DNA of 64,000 nt from Trichoplax adhaerens (Eukaryota; Animalia; Placozoa), in the NCBI RefSeq assembly GCF_000150275.1, contig NW_002060947.1, forward strand, positions 2,469,740-2,533,739, read 5' to 3'. A model generated the notes under the pieces. It was not told the origin of the DNA, made no database searches, and saw only the letters and a list, made by a program, of their open reading frames with translations. The stretch's first letter is position 1; each line of letters begins with the position of its first letter. Positions 27,615 to 40,487 of the stretch are shown piece after piece. A program made the translations under genes and the position numbers.

Positions 27615-30600
27615 CCTGGCAAGGTTCAAATTTACTGTTTGATTTGCTGTGCCTATAAGCTATAACCTTTTGACTGTGGTTTCGGATATTACACCTGAAA
27701 TATGTTCACCACCGAAGATTCGCGGAAAACCCAGGCGTCATGAAAGGAATGTGCGGATTTCGCCTGAGTATCCCGTTGCGTACTAGTCGGATACATTGAA
27801 TACTTTTTTAACAGTTGGAATATTGGCAGTTCGGCACAGTAAATTAAAAAACATGACGATTTCTGAACGACCGACCCTACTGCACCGGAATATCAAAATT
27901 TAACATATCACAGCTCCGATGCTATACTGTAATTTGTAGGTGAGATAGCTGGCACATTCACAATTTTTTACTTGTGAAGATCTTACGGTACAACTAAGCC
28001 TAAATAAGTACATCATACTATTACTATACGTACAACCTACTGTACTTTATCAGATTTTCAATAACATTATTTCTAGGACTACTGAGAAAAAATGTTTCCT
28101 TCTCTCATTTCGAGTATTGTAGTCTCTAATCACTCGACATCGTATCGATAATTCGATACGAACGACCATACTTTCTTAATTTTTTTTAAGGCGCCAATTA
28201 ACAACACGAAAATAAAAATATATATTAATATTTTATTTACTTTATTTTGCAAAGAATTAGATATAATCCTATCCGCTAATACTTTACACTTTTAAAGTAT
28301 ACTCGTATATGAGTCAGTAAGAATTTTAATGAAAATTATACAGCAATCATAATCTTAAGGCACTAATTAAGAGTACGAAAATTAAAAATTCATGTTTAAT
28401 ATTTTATTCATTAAGAAATTATGATAAATAATTTGTTTTGCTAGGAACTTGAGATTTGCCTATATTCCAGTTCATGGCATAACGAAAACACCCAGAGTCA
28501 AGCACCAAAGCAACGTTACCGCTACCGAAAATAACATCTCTAAATTATAGTTAAAAATTTGAAAAGGAAATGAAATCGAGTAATATACAGTACATCTGAC
28601 AGGTGCAAGCATGTAAATTTAATTAAGTTACATCATCCTAATATATAATTTATACTAGCAACTATCTAGTAACATTAAAAGTCCTAAATTAGAATGAGAT
28701 TAAAGTCATTCCTTCCTTAAAAGAGAGCAATATCGGACAAAAGCATCAATTTAATCGATGTAATAAAACTCTATTTTGATACTATTATTGTAAAAAGCAT
28801 GAAAAAAATTTATACCACTAAATTACGCTCGCTAGCTGTGAACTGTTTATTCGCACTTACTCAAGTTGGTTGATTTTTGGATTGTGCCATTTTGTTATAC
28901 ACATTTGAAAATTTAATTCATATAAGCTTGGTAATTGCTGTTGCCACCGAGCACTAAAAGAAGCATAAAGTCTTTCGAAATATATCATTCTTACCTTGAA
29001 TATAGCCGAATGAAGACATTTCGATGTAAATTATTTATATGAAAAACATTCTTCTTTTATCGAAACTTTATTTAAAATCAATGGTTGGTATTGCACAGTA
29101 GTATTTACTACTATACAACAATAATTTAGCTACGCCTTAACCTACTAACAATTATCAGCTACATAATGACAAAATAGTGCAATGTTACAGTGCGCTATTA
29201 ACGTAATAGTTAACATTACTATAAAATTGTAAGAAAAGATAGCTAACGAACCAAATATATGTACGCGTATACCAAATATTACTACGTAACATTAATTGCC
29301 ATTCTTCCTATTTATAACTACTATAACAACTGATTAATTTTTATAGTGAGAGGTTTGTAATAACAATTTCAGATCGTTTAGCCCAGGATCAATATCCAGT
29401 AGTTCCGAAATATCATCTTCCGCTGCTATTTATCAACAAAACATAAAATTTTATTAATTAATTAATCAAGAAAACCTTTTAAGCCATCCTTGTGATCGAA
29501 GGATGGCACACCTGTTCTCTACGCTAGGTAAATAATTAAATTTGTGATATATTTAGCTATTACCCAAATATCATTCTGTAAGATAAATGTATACTACTGT
29601 ACAATACTGAATAATTTCTGAAATATATCATCTTTTGTTTATATCACGTAAGTTCTAAGTATATCCCGCTATTGTTTGTTAACATTTAATGATAACAGTC
29701 ATTTCAACGAATTCTTCCTTTTGATAATATCTCTTTATATTCAGAAATTTAACTTACAAATATTAAGTTCTTTTACATCATCTATTTATTTGCTCATTGT
29801 TCCGAATGATAAGTAAAAAACGGATCAAAATAGATTAAATTAAAATTTCACAAACCGTGTAATAGACATCATATACCAGAATGAAAGATATTTCTAAGTA
29901 TGTACTAGATGTGACGTACTATCTTCAAGAAATTAAAGCTACTGTACTAAAGCACCCTACAGCAGGTAGTTACATCCGTGAATTATCTACCTTAATATTA
30001 AAAATAAAATTTCAAATCAAATATCAAAAATAGCAATAGTTCTCTAAATTGCTATACATAGCTAATGATACAGACCCTATCATCATTGTATCTGAAGGCA
30101 TGAATATCCTTGAAATTCTTATATTTAATTTTACAATGTCAAACTTAATCGCTACCGAAATAATAAATTGAAAATCAACCCATTAAAACTTTAAGTATCG
30201 ATGAAAGTAGTTTTACTTACTAAAGACAGACCTTTCAATGACATATTAAATAAGAACATAATTAAGGCCATGGTTAAGACTTATTTAATCAATTCAAGTA
30301 TTACAATATGAATTATAATACATAAGTAAGACTCTAAAAATCGGTACTCTAAAATTCTATTGATAGCTGAAGCATAAATAAGGCTATTTTCATCTTATCT
30401 TAGAGCAACTAAATAGAATGAACTCATCCTCAGACGCATTATACTATCGATACTAAAGAACTCGTTTCTGTTGTGAACATTGATCTAATGAACAAATATA
30501 GTATCACTACTGCTAAACCGAACAACCTTATACGGTGGAGTATCTATGTGTAGGTCAAATCTTTATGGAAGACGTATATCTATGTACAGATAATTGTATA

Positions 30601-32532
30601 AATCACTTAATAGCCAGGGCAACCAGACATACACATATTACGGAGTGCATGTTAATAAGAACTGTATGGCATAGTAATATCCTACAATACAGTTTGGTAC
30701 CAAGATAGGCGGACATTATACAGTATATGATTATATATATTCCATTATCAAGTATTGTAACGGTTTTAAGTTAAGTCTTCATTCGAGCGCCTGTCCTGTT
30801 CCTTACTCTTATATATGCAACAATAACAACCGGTCTTTTATCCAGTGATATATATAATATATCAAACGTTATCATACCGTACTATCTATCCCTAACAACT
30901 TAATTCTGTATTCATGTCTATAGCGTACCAAGTCATCGGTAACAACATATCTAATACTATCCACCATAAGAGCATACATACAGTGACGTACACCGTCACA
31001 AGCATGAATCTATTAATATACTGTAAATATATAATAGAAAGATATCGTATTTAGAAAATTGATAAATTAGGGAAAAATTTTACACGAGTGAAACAGACGA
31101 TCCTAGAATAATGTAACTACATTCGCCTAAATACAATGCTGTACATGGTGGTATAAATATACCGATAGAATTTATGATAAAGGGCTTAGATTCGTGATGA
31201 GCTGAATTTTTCTGCTGTAAAAACAGAAATATTAGCAATAAATGATATCAATGGTGATATTTGCTTTAAATGTTGTAATTCAAACTCTAACAATATTTTT
31301 AAGATCTGAATTGTTATTTTTATTTTATATTTACAATAACTCCTCTCAGTACAGCATATCAGTGGGATTAATTTTCGCATAGGGCCCCTCACACTTTCGA
31401 ATTCATTTTCAACCACTTATTCATTCTACAACGAGGATGCCACCTTCAATTACTAATTCTGAAAAAGCATAGGTCTGTGTTTTTAATTAGTGACAGAAGT
31501 GGAAAGTATCTCTTTGACAAGAAAACAAAAGTAGTATCTACAGGGAATAGAACCTAAGACAATCGTCATATCATTTGTTTGCTCATTAAAAATAGTTCTC
31601 CTATGACTAGTCATAAGCTTGTCTAGACAATAATAAAACATTTAGGCTGGGAAAGGATTCTCCGCACTTACATTAATGTCTTCGTGTCATAAATTTGATG
31701 TTCTCCGGCTATCAGTTCCTTTTAGTGTACGGATGCTTATGAATGCGTAATTATAATTATTATCATAACCTTTTTTGTGTCGTCATTAGACTCATTACTC
31801 ATATTCTTATCTTCGAAATGTAATAGACTCGAATCATCCAAAAATCGATAAGATTATTCAATCCATGACTACAATATTTTACGATCTCAATCTTTAGCTA
31901 ATTACAACTTAACCTACATAACAAGCTGACAAACCTGTGCTAAGCTAATATCGAACTGAATAAATGATCGAAACAATAATGTTACGTAATCAATTATTAT
32001 GACCAGATGGTTACATCAGCATTTATCTTAAATTTTTTTTTGATTATTTAAATTCGCTGCATCTTTATTCTTCTATTTTTACGGCAATACGAGCCTATAT
32101 CACCTAAGTGTACTCCTGATTCTAGCACTTCCAAGTCATCTGTTCTAACAGGCATTTTTGATTATGTAACAATTCTTTGTCATGTATTTGTTATTAATGA
32201 AGTCAACAATAAAATTTGAGTCGCAGCCATTGTTATTACTTTATGAATATAAGATAAAAATCTTAATTTGCTATCAGGCAGTTTTAACTTAATTATCCTC
32301 TTTTCTTACTAATATGATTCACCTGTCCGTTGTCCTACATTTTAAAAATTTTATACTGTTAACATTTTCACTGAAATGGTTTATTAGCGTAAAGAATATT
32401 TATCTAGCGGGCAACCGATTGCAGTAAATTATAGAGAGAATTTTTATTTAAACCAGAATAAGTTAACCTTAATTCGTTCTATGATTGATTATCTTCTTCT
32501 GATCAGAAATTAACCTGTGGCGTACATCAATC

Positions 32533-33462
32533 ATGAGTAGTGCAGCTTTAATTACTCTGGGCTCCATGTCACTGGTTACCAATTCCTTTTTACTATCCTT
32601 CATTTGGTCTAAATCAGGTTTAAGGTCGCTCTCGACGGCTATTCTGCAAAGTATGCTTATCAATGGTATTTTATGGAGTATTTATGTAATAGTACGCTTT
32701 ACGGGACAATTTTCATCCTATTCTATTTATCTATGTATACTTTTACCGCGTCTGGGTCAAGGAATGTTCGTTAACCTAAATTTACACGCTTGTTTTATCA
32801 TGCTGGAACGTTACGTTTCGGTGGCGTTCCCGTTTCGATATGAGCGTTTAATCACCAAGACAAAGATTACTATCATTATTACAACTGTTTGGACATTATC
32901 CTCGATTATACCTATTACCGCCGTAGTGACCTTGAGTGAAAACAGTAACTCAATCAATAATTGTTCACTTAAATACGTGAATTCATTCGTTGTTGTCGAT
33001 ACAAATATTCATATTTGTTTGTTGGTTGTGGCCTGCTTCCTTCTAGTTATACTATTTTTAATTTACAGCAGAGTGATCTGTCTAGTTCGTACGCAAGAAA
33101 TCCGTTTGGTAAAAAGTTATACTTTAGAGGATACGGCACCAAATGATACTCGCTCTGTTCGCGTAAGACGCGAGCGAAAAGCGGTTATCCAAGCTATTGT
33201 AGTTTTCACATTCTATTTTACACTTCTGATGCCTTTCTTGTTATCATCTACTTTGGCATTTTATAATCTTACATCAACAGCACGATTACAAGCGGCATCT
33301 ACCACACGTTACTTAGCCTTTAGCTATCCTGCCATACAACCTTTTATCTATGCGTATTACACTGCCAATATTCGAAAAGCATTAATTAGTACCATATTTA
33401 AGAGAAAAACTGAATTCAATCAAATCAATACGATGAGATCCCCTAATATATCAACTCACTAG
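32533..33462 (+). CDS. Rhodopsin-class (class A) orphan GPCR, 7TM region in one exon
   Basis: Seven hydrophobic segments with the TM1 Asn, ERYVSVAFPFRY in TM3, the TM4 Trp, RRERKA before TM6 and YPAIQPFIY (NPxxY variant). A possible splice acceptor at 32504-32506 could add an upstream exon. Confidence 0.9.
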   Translation: MSSAALITLGSMSLVTNSFLLSFIWSKSGLRSLSTAILQSMLINGILWSIYVIVRFTGQFSSYSIYLCILLPRLGQGMFVNLNLHACFIMLERYVSVAFPFRYERLITKTKITIIITTVWTLSSIIPITAVVTLSENSNSINNCSLKYVNSFVVVDTNIHICLLVVACFLLVILFLIYSRVICLVRTQEIRLVKSYTLEDTAPNDTRSVRVRRERKAVIQAIVVFTFYFTLLMPFLLSSTLAFYNLTSTARLQAASTTRYLAFSYPAIQPFIYAYYTANIRKALISTIFKRKTEFNQINTMRSPNISTH

Positions 33463-35859
33463 TGAGGTCATGGTTTTCGCTAATCAGAGTAAGCTGAACA
33501 ATAGATGAAAGTCATATAATTACGTGTTGCTATTTATAAAACTACAGCCAATTTAAGAAGAACATTTCTTATTCGTGAACTGAAGGAATGAATTGGTTTA
33601 TCGTCATACTGTCAAGAAAAACTTTTTAAGTATTTAAATTGATAACCGTACTGTTAGCTGCTGCTATACTGCTCTGTTAAACCTTAAAGTAACTGAAGTA
33701 TTATAAAGAAAATTAATACTTGCAATTTAAATGCGATCTAACTTACCAAGTATCGTAGCATTAATACATTTCAAAACCATATCTTATTATACAGTACTCA
33801 ATCAATGAGTCTATGACCTAATAATTGAGTCACATAAATGATTATTACCTTACAGTTGAGTATAGTAGCCAAGGTATAGAAATAAAATAAAATGAATATG
33901 TTCTCTATCGAAGATTTGTACACTCCGGCAATATTTAAATTATTCCAGAATATAAGTTTAGAACATATTTTAAAGCCAGTTATTTGCATAATCCTGTTTT
34001 AGCACAATTGATACAATAATTTAAACTCACTATAAATACGAAAATCTACCTTTTTACTGTACTTTGATCACTTAATCTTAAATAAATTATTTAAGATTTT
34101 CTCAAAATTCTGACAATAGTTGTATTCCTCAACTACCAAATGAATCGCTACAGTAAATTTATTAATCTTACGATAATATGATTCTCTTCTGAAACTATTA
34201 AAAACGATCTTCTCATTGAAAGCTTATAGAAAATTATTCTTCTTTTAAATATCTTGTTAAGCGACTAGATAGAACCTGAATGATGCTTTTTGATGTATTT
34301 CTTCAATTATATATTTGCAAGCTTCTTATGTAATGTTACAAAAATCGCTACAAAATCTATTATAGATGATGTATTCGTATATCTGAAACAGGGCATTAAT
34401 AAATGACCGGCAATGTCACATGTAAACAATTTCATTTTTAGTTATATAGCTACTTCTTGGTAATAGACGCAATGTGCGTTCATTAAAAGTTAATATTACA
34501 TGAGTAAGCAATCAAGGAAGTCTGAGAAATCAGTCTATCTGCCTTATAAATCTATCATCAAAGTTACCATTCGATCAATTTTGCTCGTAATTTCGTACTG
34601 CAGTTACAACACTCACATTAATGAACAAATTGTGAATCGAAAGAGAATAAGTGTAATAGAATTAAATTCTATATCGCTTTGTTCCTATTGACTTATAACT
34701 TGATAAAACGTCATTTACGTCAACAGAAAAAGAAGTCACAGATCTATTACTCGAATCTGAGAAAAGTACGCACAGTATATTGGTATACAATGCTGATTCG
34801 GTCGCATGAAGACATACAGTAGTTATATTTTTGATTATGACTTTTTCAGTCAAATTTGCTGTATATCTTTGCTGATCATTTAAGTAATCACGATCTCTTG
34901 CTGTAAGTATCTCGTAATCTAATTGCTCGAATTTCAAATAATGAAAATACGTTTGCTGCCAAAATATTGAATTAACGATGATAATTTATCGTGCGTGCTG
35001 AATTCGTAAGCAAAAGGCTAATATAAATACTCGAAAGGGCAGCATGCTAGTCAAAGAATTGATGTTCATCGAGCCTCTAGCAATATCTGAGCTACGTCCA
35101 CAACATACAATAGTTGTAGGTGCAACTGCATGACTACGCCTACATAGTGCCGGATATGACACAACACACGCACGAACACATTCGGTGATTTTTTTAATTT
35201 CCTTATATATCCACCTGTTGCTGGTCAGGCTTGCTTTTTTGGGAGAGTAATGAGTATAAATTTTTAAACTTCAAATAATGTTATCTATGAATAGTAGCGG
35301 CAGCAACAATTTGTACTACAGACCCAAGCAACAAGATAATTTGTTTGCTTTCATTACTTATCGAGAGTTACGGGTTTGAGTTCAGTTATAGAAAGCATTA
35401 TCAACTCTATTCACGTATCAAATAATTGCAATTTCTCTTCAAACATTCGAATTGAGAAACGATTACTATTAAATAAACTTATCTAATCAATTCGAAAAGG
35501 ATATCTACAGCACGATGTACACTATGTAGTAGTGTAAACGAATTTACTTAATTCGACATTAGCGCAACAGGGCAGTGCCTGTTCATACCTTTATAACAAG
35601 TCGAGTGAGAATGAGTCAATTCTATTGTAACCATTAGATACTTTATTAGGTGACAGCGTGTACATTATAGAAAGATTTGATTTTATACGTTTAGCTAAAC
35701 TGAGTACATGAACTTAGGCCATAGCTGCAAAAACTGTTAAGTCTAAAACGCTGCCTTTGTAACGATGTACTATCAGCCAAAGTCTGTAAATCTAATTCAC
35801 TAAGGTATCAATCATACTTGAAAGCAGCAATCTATACAAGAAATAACTAGCCAAACTAT

Positions 35860-38714
35860 TTAATTGGAAATATTGATCGTTATACCTGGTGATTTTGCAT
35901 CTTCAAAGCGATCCATAGTTTTCACGTACATCGTACATAAAACTCCAGCATATAATATAACAATTAGAACTAAACTAACTACCAATCCCATCCAAATTGG
36001 AGCAGTAAAGAATCCAACGCAATTACTGGCATAGGAAAACTTGTTTTCATTTATAGCCATTGGTTGAATCTAAAGGAAAAGGACTCCATTAAGCGATGAT
36101 GTAGTATATGAATAATTCTGCAGTACAGTATCCTACTTGCCTGCAAATTAGCGAATCGAATGTAGCTACCATTATTTAACACTGCATCCGACAGAACTCC
36201 TGGTTTATGGCATGCGTAAGAGTAGCCATACGGAGACATAAGTTCGATCTGTGTCGTATACTGCTCTGTGCCAGAGATAGAATATTTCGGTTGTTTCCAA
36301 TCGTATGACACACTCATACTAACACACTTCCAGTAAAACATATGATCAGTTCGTTGAAATCTCATACTAGATGTAATTAGAAGAAAGAATCATCAATTCT
36401 TACAGTAAGAACATATTAAAGCATGAAAGAAAGTTTCTGAAATTTTATCTACTAACGAAATTCGTAGATCTTTAAGCGGACTTTTCTTCAAATTATTGTA
36501 ACTCAAATCTAGTCTAAACATTTTAATCAATCATTTCAATTACAAAATACCCATGACTTACGAAAAGAAGGAAAATAAGAAAAAAACTTACGAGACATTT
36601 CTAGAGTTTTTCATATCGCATTCGGCACTTACGGTGGTTGGTTGCACAGACATCAAGCTGACGTTAAGGGCGGGTTTGTAAAATCCAAAGACGAAATTGG
36701 TAGCGTAAATGTAAACGCAATTACTAACGTTAACAAAAAATGTATCATTCGTTATTAATGTTGTGTATTTAGGCGTGACGACTTCGGTAGCCTTCCGAAG
36801 TCGGCGCCTAATGTATCCGGATGCCTCGTAAATATCAGCAGTCTCGCCTAGGAAGCCATCTTCAAACTCCTATTATTACGGTAAGATATTTTTTTTAGAG
36901 TTTCCGTAGTGAAAAATCGTTACAAGAACTATCAAACATACTTTCGATGGTTTCGCCCCTGAAAAGATCCCAGTAAGAGTCGAAACATGATCTCCAATTT
37001 CTTTCATAATCTCATGAATTATTCTATCATTCTTCTTAAATACGGCGGCTATTTCCTTAGAATTGCTACAGATTTAGAGTAAAAAGTAGCTTAAAAAAAG
37101 CCTTACCCTATTATTTATTTACAACTTAACGATCCTTAGTCATGCTTGCCTCACTGGTACTCTTGGTAGATGAACGATAATTGCGTTGATAGCGTCATTA
37201 TCGAAGTGATGATCATTAAATTTAAATTTCTTAGCTTCTTTCGCTGTTAGCTCTAACACTTTACCGGACGCTGCCTTCTTCAAGAACTCCTTTAGAACAT
37301 CAGCATTCATAACAGATGGCAATATCAGAGAGGATTTGGCATTTTGAATTGCCAGCTGATATCAAAAATATTCAAAATAAAGTGGAGTTAGTGTTCGATG
37401 TAAAATACGAGTATAACGTCTAATGCAGTTTAGCTAATAGCTTTCCTTACCTTTAGATGATGAAAACTTGATCTTGTTTGTTCATAACCATAAACATGGC
37501 CAAATCTTGTAACATCATTTAAACTTAGCTGCACCAATTTAACAACTAGAGTTATTTACTTGGTAAATAATAAAATACGTAAGAAATGGCCATTGAAACT
37601 TACTCTGTTTTGCACGAAGAAGCAGACAGTTCGAGGTTTACCGGAAAATATAGGAAGTAAACGTTTTTGGGCTTCTTGAACATCAAGAATTTCTCCAGCA
37701 AATACATTATCGTCTGTAACTATGCTCCTAGGTGAAGTCAAAGTGCCAATAAATAAAAAACAAGCTAAGCCAAGATTATGTTAAACACATTTTGCAGATA
37801 AGACTATCTTTTATCATTGTCAGCTAAAATTATGTACGCATACAAACTACATTTTTGGGGCATTAATTTTTCTAAATTCTGGCTATATTTACGCACCATG
37901 GACAAAATGTGATTACTATAGTAACCGAATTTCGACGATTTATACACGATGAACATTAAACGGGGTTACTAACCAAATTATAAAGTTCGATTCAAGTTAT
38001 ATTGCAGCACGATATACCGAAGTGTACTTATTAGCTCATACTTTTCGATAACGGTACAGTTTATTATGTATGCATGAGATAGAACCATATGGGCATTCTA
38101 CGTTCTAGCAATCGACAATTGAAATGAATTTCACATATTGCGAATTTGTACTTCTAAGTTATAGAGGGAATAGAATATGTGCTTAAGAAGGAAAACACCC
38201 ATACTACAAAGATAATTATTATAATGTAACAGATTCAATATCAGTGCTTCATAGTCAGTTATTTATGATTGAGGACCGACAGGCGAAATTCTTGAAACCA
38301 ATCTAAACCCGCGTTTTATCCAGATGTTTTTCGCATGCAAGGCTTTTAGATTTTATCTAGCTCTTAGATGTAATAACTAGTACTGGGTTTAACATAGTGT
38401 AATTTGCACTATAAGATTAACACTGTAAAGTTTAATTTAATTTTAGTTAGCACTTGTGATGAAGGTCTACATTCATAGGACGTACAGAGAACGTGTTATG
38501 CTTAGAATTTTGGAATTTAATACCATATAATCTGCGGAGGTGAGATTTCAAGACAGTAGAAGAGAACTTTCATACTGATCATTATAGGCAACTTTATTTT
38601 TCAGACTTACTTATCACTTGACCACATAAGAACAGGCATTCCGGTCTGCAAAGCGGTACTGGTGAAGATTGCAAAGTAAAAGAATAGTAAAAAGATTCCT
38701 AGATATTTTTCCAT
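35860..38714 (-). CDS. ATP6AP1: V-ATPase accessory subunit S1 (Ac45)
   Basis: Signal peptide followed by MPVLMWSSD, a furin-like RRRLRK site, YSYAC, and the C-terminal FSYASNCVGFFTAPIWMGL..TM..TMDRFED. Confidence 0.92.
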
Positions 38715-39331
38715 CCTTAATTATAATTAGTAAAATGCAAGCACGGCAAAGAAACTGATGAAAAAGAACAAGTAGAGTATAGTACTACTAATGCCAAGAT
38801 ACCCAAGAGGGCCAAGAACAAGGTAGAAGCAGAATCATGCTACAGTACAGTACAGTAGGTTAACAGATGTCGATCAACATGTCGTTTGTACTGTACAGTA
38901 CAGCACAGTACAGTACACTAGTACAGTACAGTACAGTACTGTACTGTACAGTACGCCTCTGGCAATCAACTCGTTACGTAAAATTAGAACAGTACAGTAA
39001 TGTACAGTACTGTACTTCATTGCAGCATGCGGATGTCATGTGTTCACTTATTGTACTGTACAGTACTGTACAACACTCAAAAGTTTCTTAAGACTGTACA
39101 GGCCACAGTAACAGTACTTCGTACAGTACATAGACATGCAATAAGCTTGAAATGACCAGCAAAATAATCGACCTCCATATTTTAGTATAGCAAACGACGG
39201 TTTTCCGTTCCTTTCTTTCTTTTTATCCCTAATCACCGTCTGGTTTAGGTCTGAAACCTTTCACCATTTTAATACCGAAAACCAAACCAAAAATGTTTTC
39301 ATTTTATTACGAAGAAGGATTTCATCATTTT

Positions 39332-39576
39332 CAGATGGGTATCCGGGCATCCGTTTTTTAAGTGGCTGACATACTGTACAGTACAGTACTGTACAGTATA
39401 CAGTACAGTAGATGTTAGTTGGCAAGCCACTTTGATGAAGGTAATACAGTACTGTACTGTACTGTACTGTACTGTACACTGTACACTGTACAGTACAGTA
39501 TTAAGTTCATCAAAGTGGCTTGCCAGCTAACATCTCCGCCATCTTAAAAACGGATGGCTGGCCGGATATCCATCTG
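39332..39576. mobile_element. Foldback/MITE element with arms of about 70 bp; left arm and spacer interrupted by pentamer arrays
   Basis: Left arm CAGATGGGTATCCGG..GATGTTAGTTGGCAAGCCACTTTGATGAA; right arm TTCATCAAAGTGGCTTGCCAGCTAACATC..CCGGATATCCATCTG. Confidence 0.8.
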
Positions 39577-39623
39577 TAAACATACTGTAGAGGTTTTTAT
39601 TACCTCTACACTCTACAGTACAA

Positions 39624-39806
39624 CCGCTTTTACTCTTCTGAGGAGTGTTCATTTACTGTACTGTACTGTACTGCAGTACACAGTACCATTAAGCGCAAAT
39701 TAGGTTAAGTAAAAGAACGTAGTCGATGTGTCAACGCGCTTAATGGTACAGTACTGTACAGTACAGTAAATAATTTAATGAACACTCCTCAGAAGAGTAA
39801 AAGCGG
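39624..39806. mobile_element. MITE-like element with perfect 30-bp outer and 11-bp inner inverted repeats
   Basis: CCGCTTTTACTCTTCTGAGGAGTGTTCATT and CCATTAAGCGC occur with their reverse complements, separated in each arm by a pentamer array. Confidence 0.8.
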
Positions 39807-40487
39807 GTGGCCTAAAAGTGCCAAATATTTCTGTGGAGAAATCTCCTGTACTGTACGGAAGTTGCTTCCTGTAGTACAGTACTGTACAGTAGCCCTGATC
39901 ATTTTGCATAAATTACTTTATACACTTCGTTTAAGCTGTCCTACTGATACATTAGACATGTATTGACATATCTAAAAAAAAATAAAGAAATCGTCCAATC
40001 TCACGCGGCGCAAATCAAATTAGTGTCCTGCATCATCCCCGTGCGAGAAATTATATTATTTTTTACTGTTACTGTACTGTACTGTACAGTACAGTACTAT
40101 ACAGTAACAGTACTTTTTATTTTTTGTTTATCCTTTTACTGTACAGTACAGTATTGTACAGACTGTACAAGTGTACATTATGTACTGTACATATACTGTA
40201 CTGTACAATACTGTACAGTACTGCATTGAATCACTTTTTTTACACAACCGCATAGTACTGTACAGTACACTAGTGTACAGTGTACAGTATATCATACAGT
40301 ATTTTTACTGTTAATAAATACTGTAATAATAATAATTATACAGTACAGTACAGTACAGTACAGTATAGCGATTATACTGTACAATATACTGTACAGTACA
40401 GTACACTATACAGTATAATATAATATAATATAATATAGTATATACAGTATAATTAATTAAATAATTAGTTACATTACAAGCGAAAAA

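Larger units (their letters stand above)
38841..40450. repeat. Largest (TACAG/TACTG)n cluster, filling the ATP6AP1 / tandem-C2 bidirectional promoter
   Basis: Many arrays interspersed with MITE remnants between divergent ATGs at 38714 and 40488. Confidence 0.95.

Noticed and set aside
27609-27622. TACCTGGCA resembling the U1 snRNA 5' end
   Set aside because: The downstream sequence lacks U1 stem-loops and the U1A loop.
34662-35270. Minus-strand open frames between the GPCR and ATP6AP1
   Set aside because: No recognisable motifs or consistent splice structure.
39332-39806. Repeat-and-spacer appearance suggesting a CRISPR-like array
   Set aside because: There is no constant repeat or spacer length, the context is eukaryotic and no cas genes are present. 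Inverted repeats plus pentamer arrays explain the pattern.
38867-40229. Short ORFs rich in YSTVLYCTVQ (also near 21905-22199, 27123, 52073-52345 and 58358-59006)
   Set aside because: They are translations of the stop-free TACAG/TACTG arrays, not a protein family.
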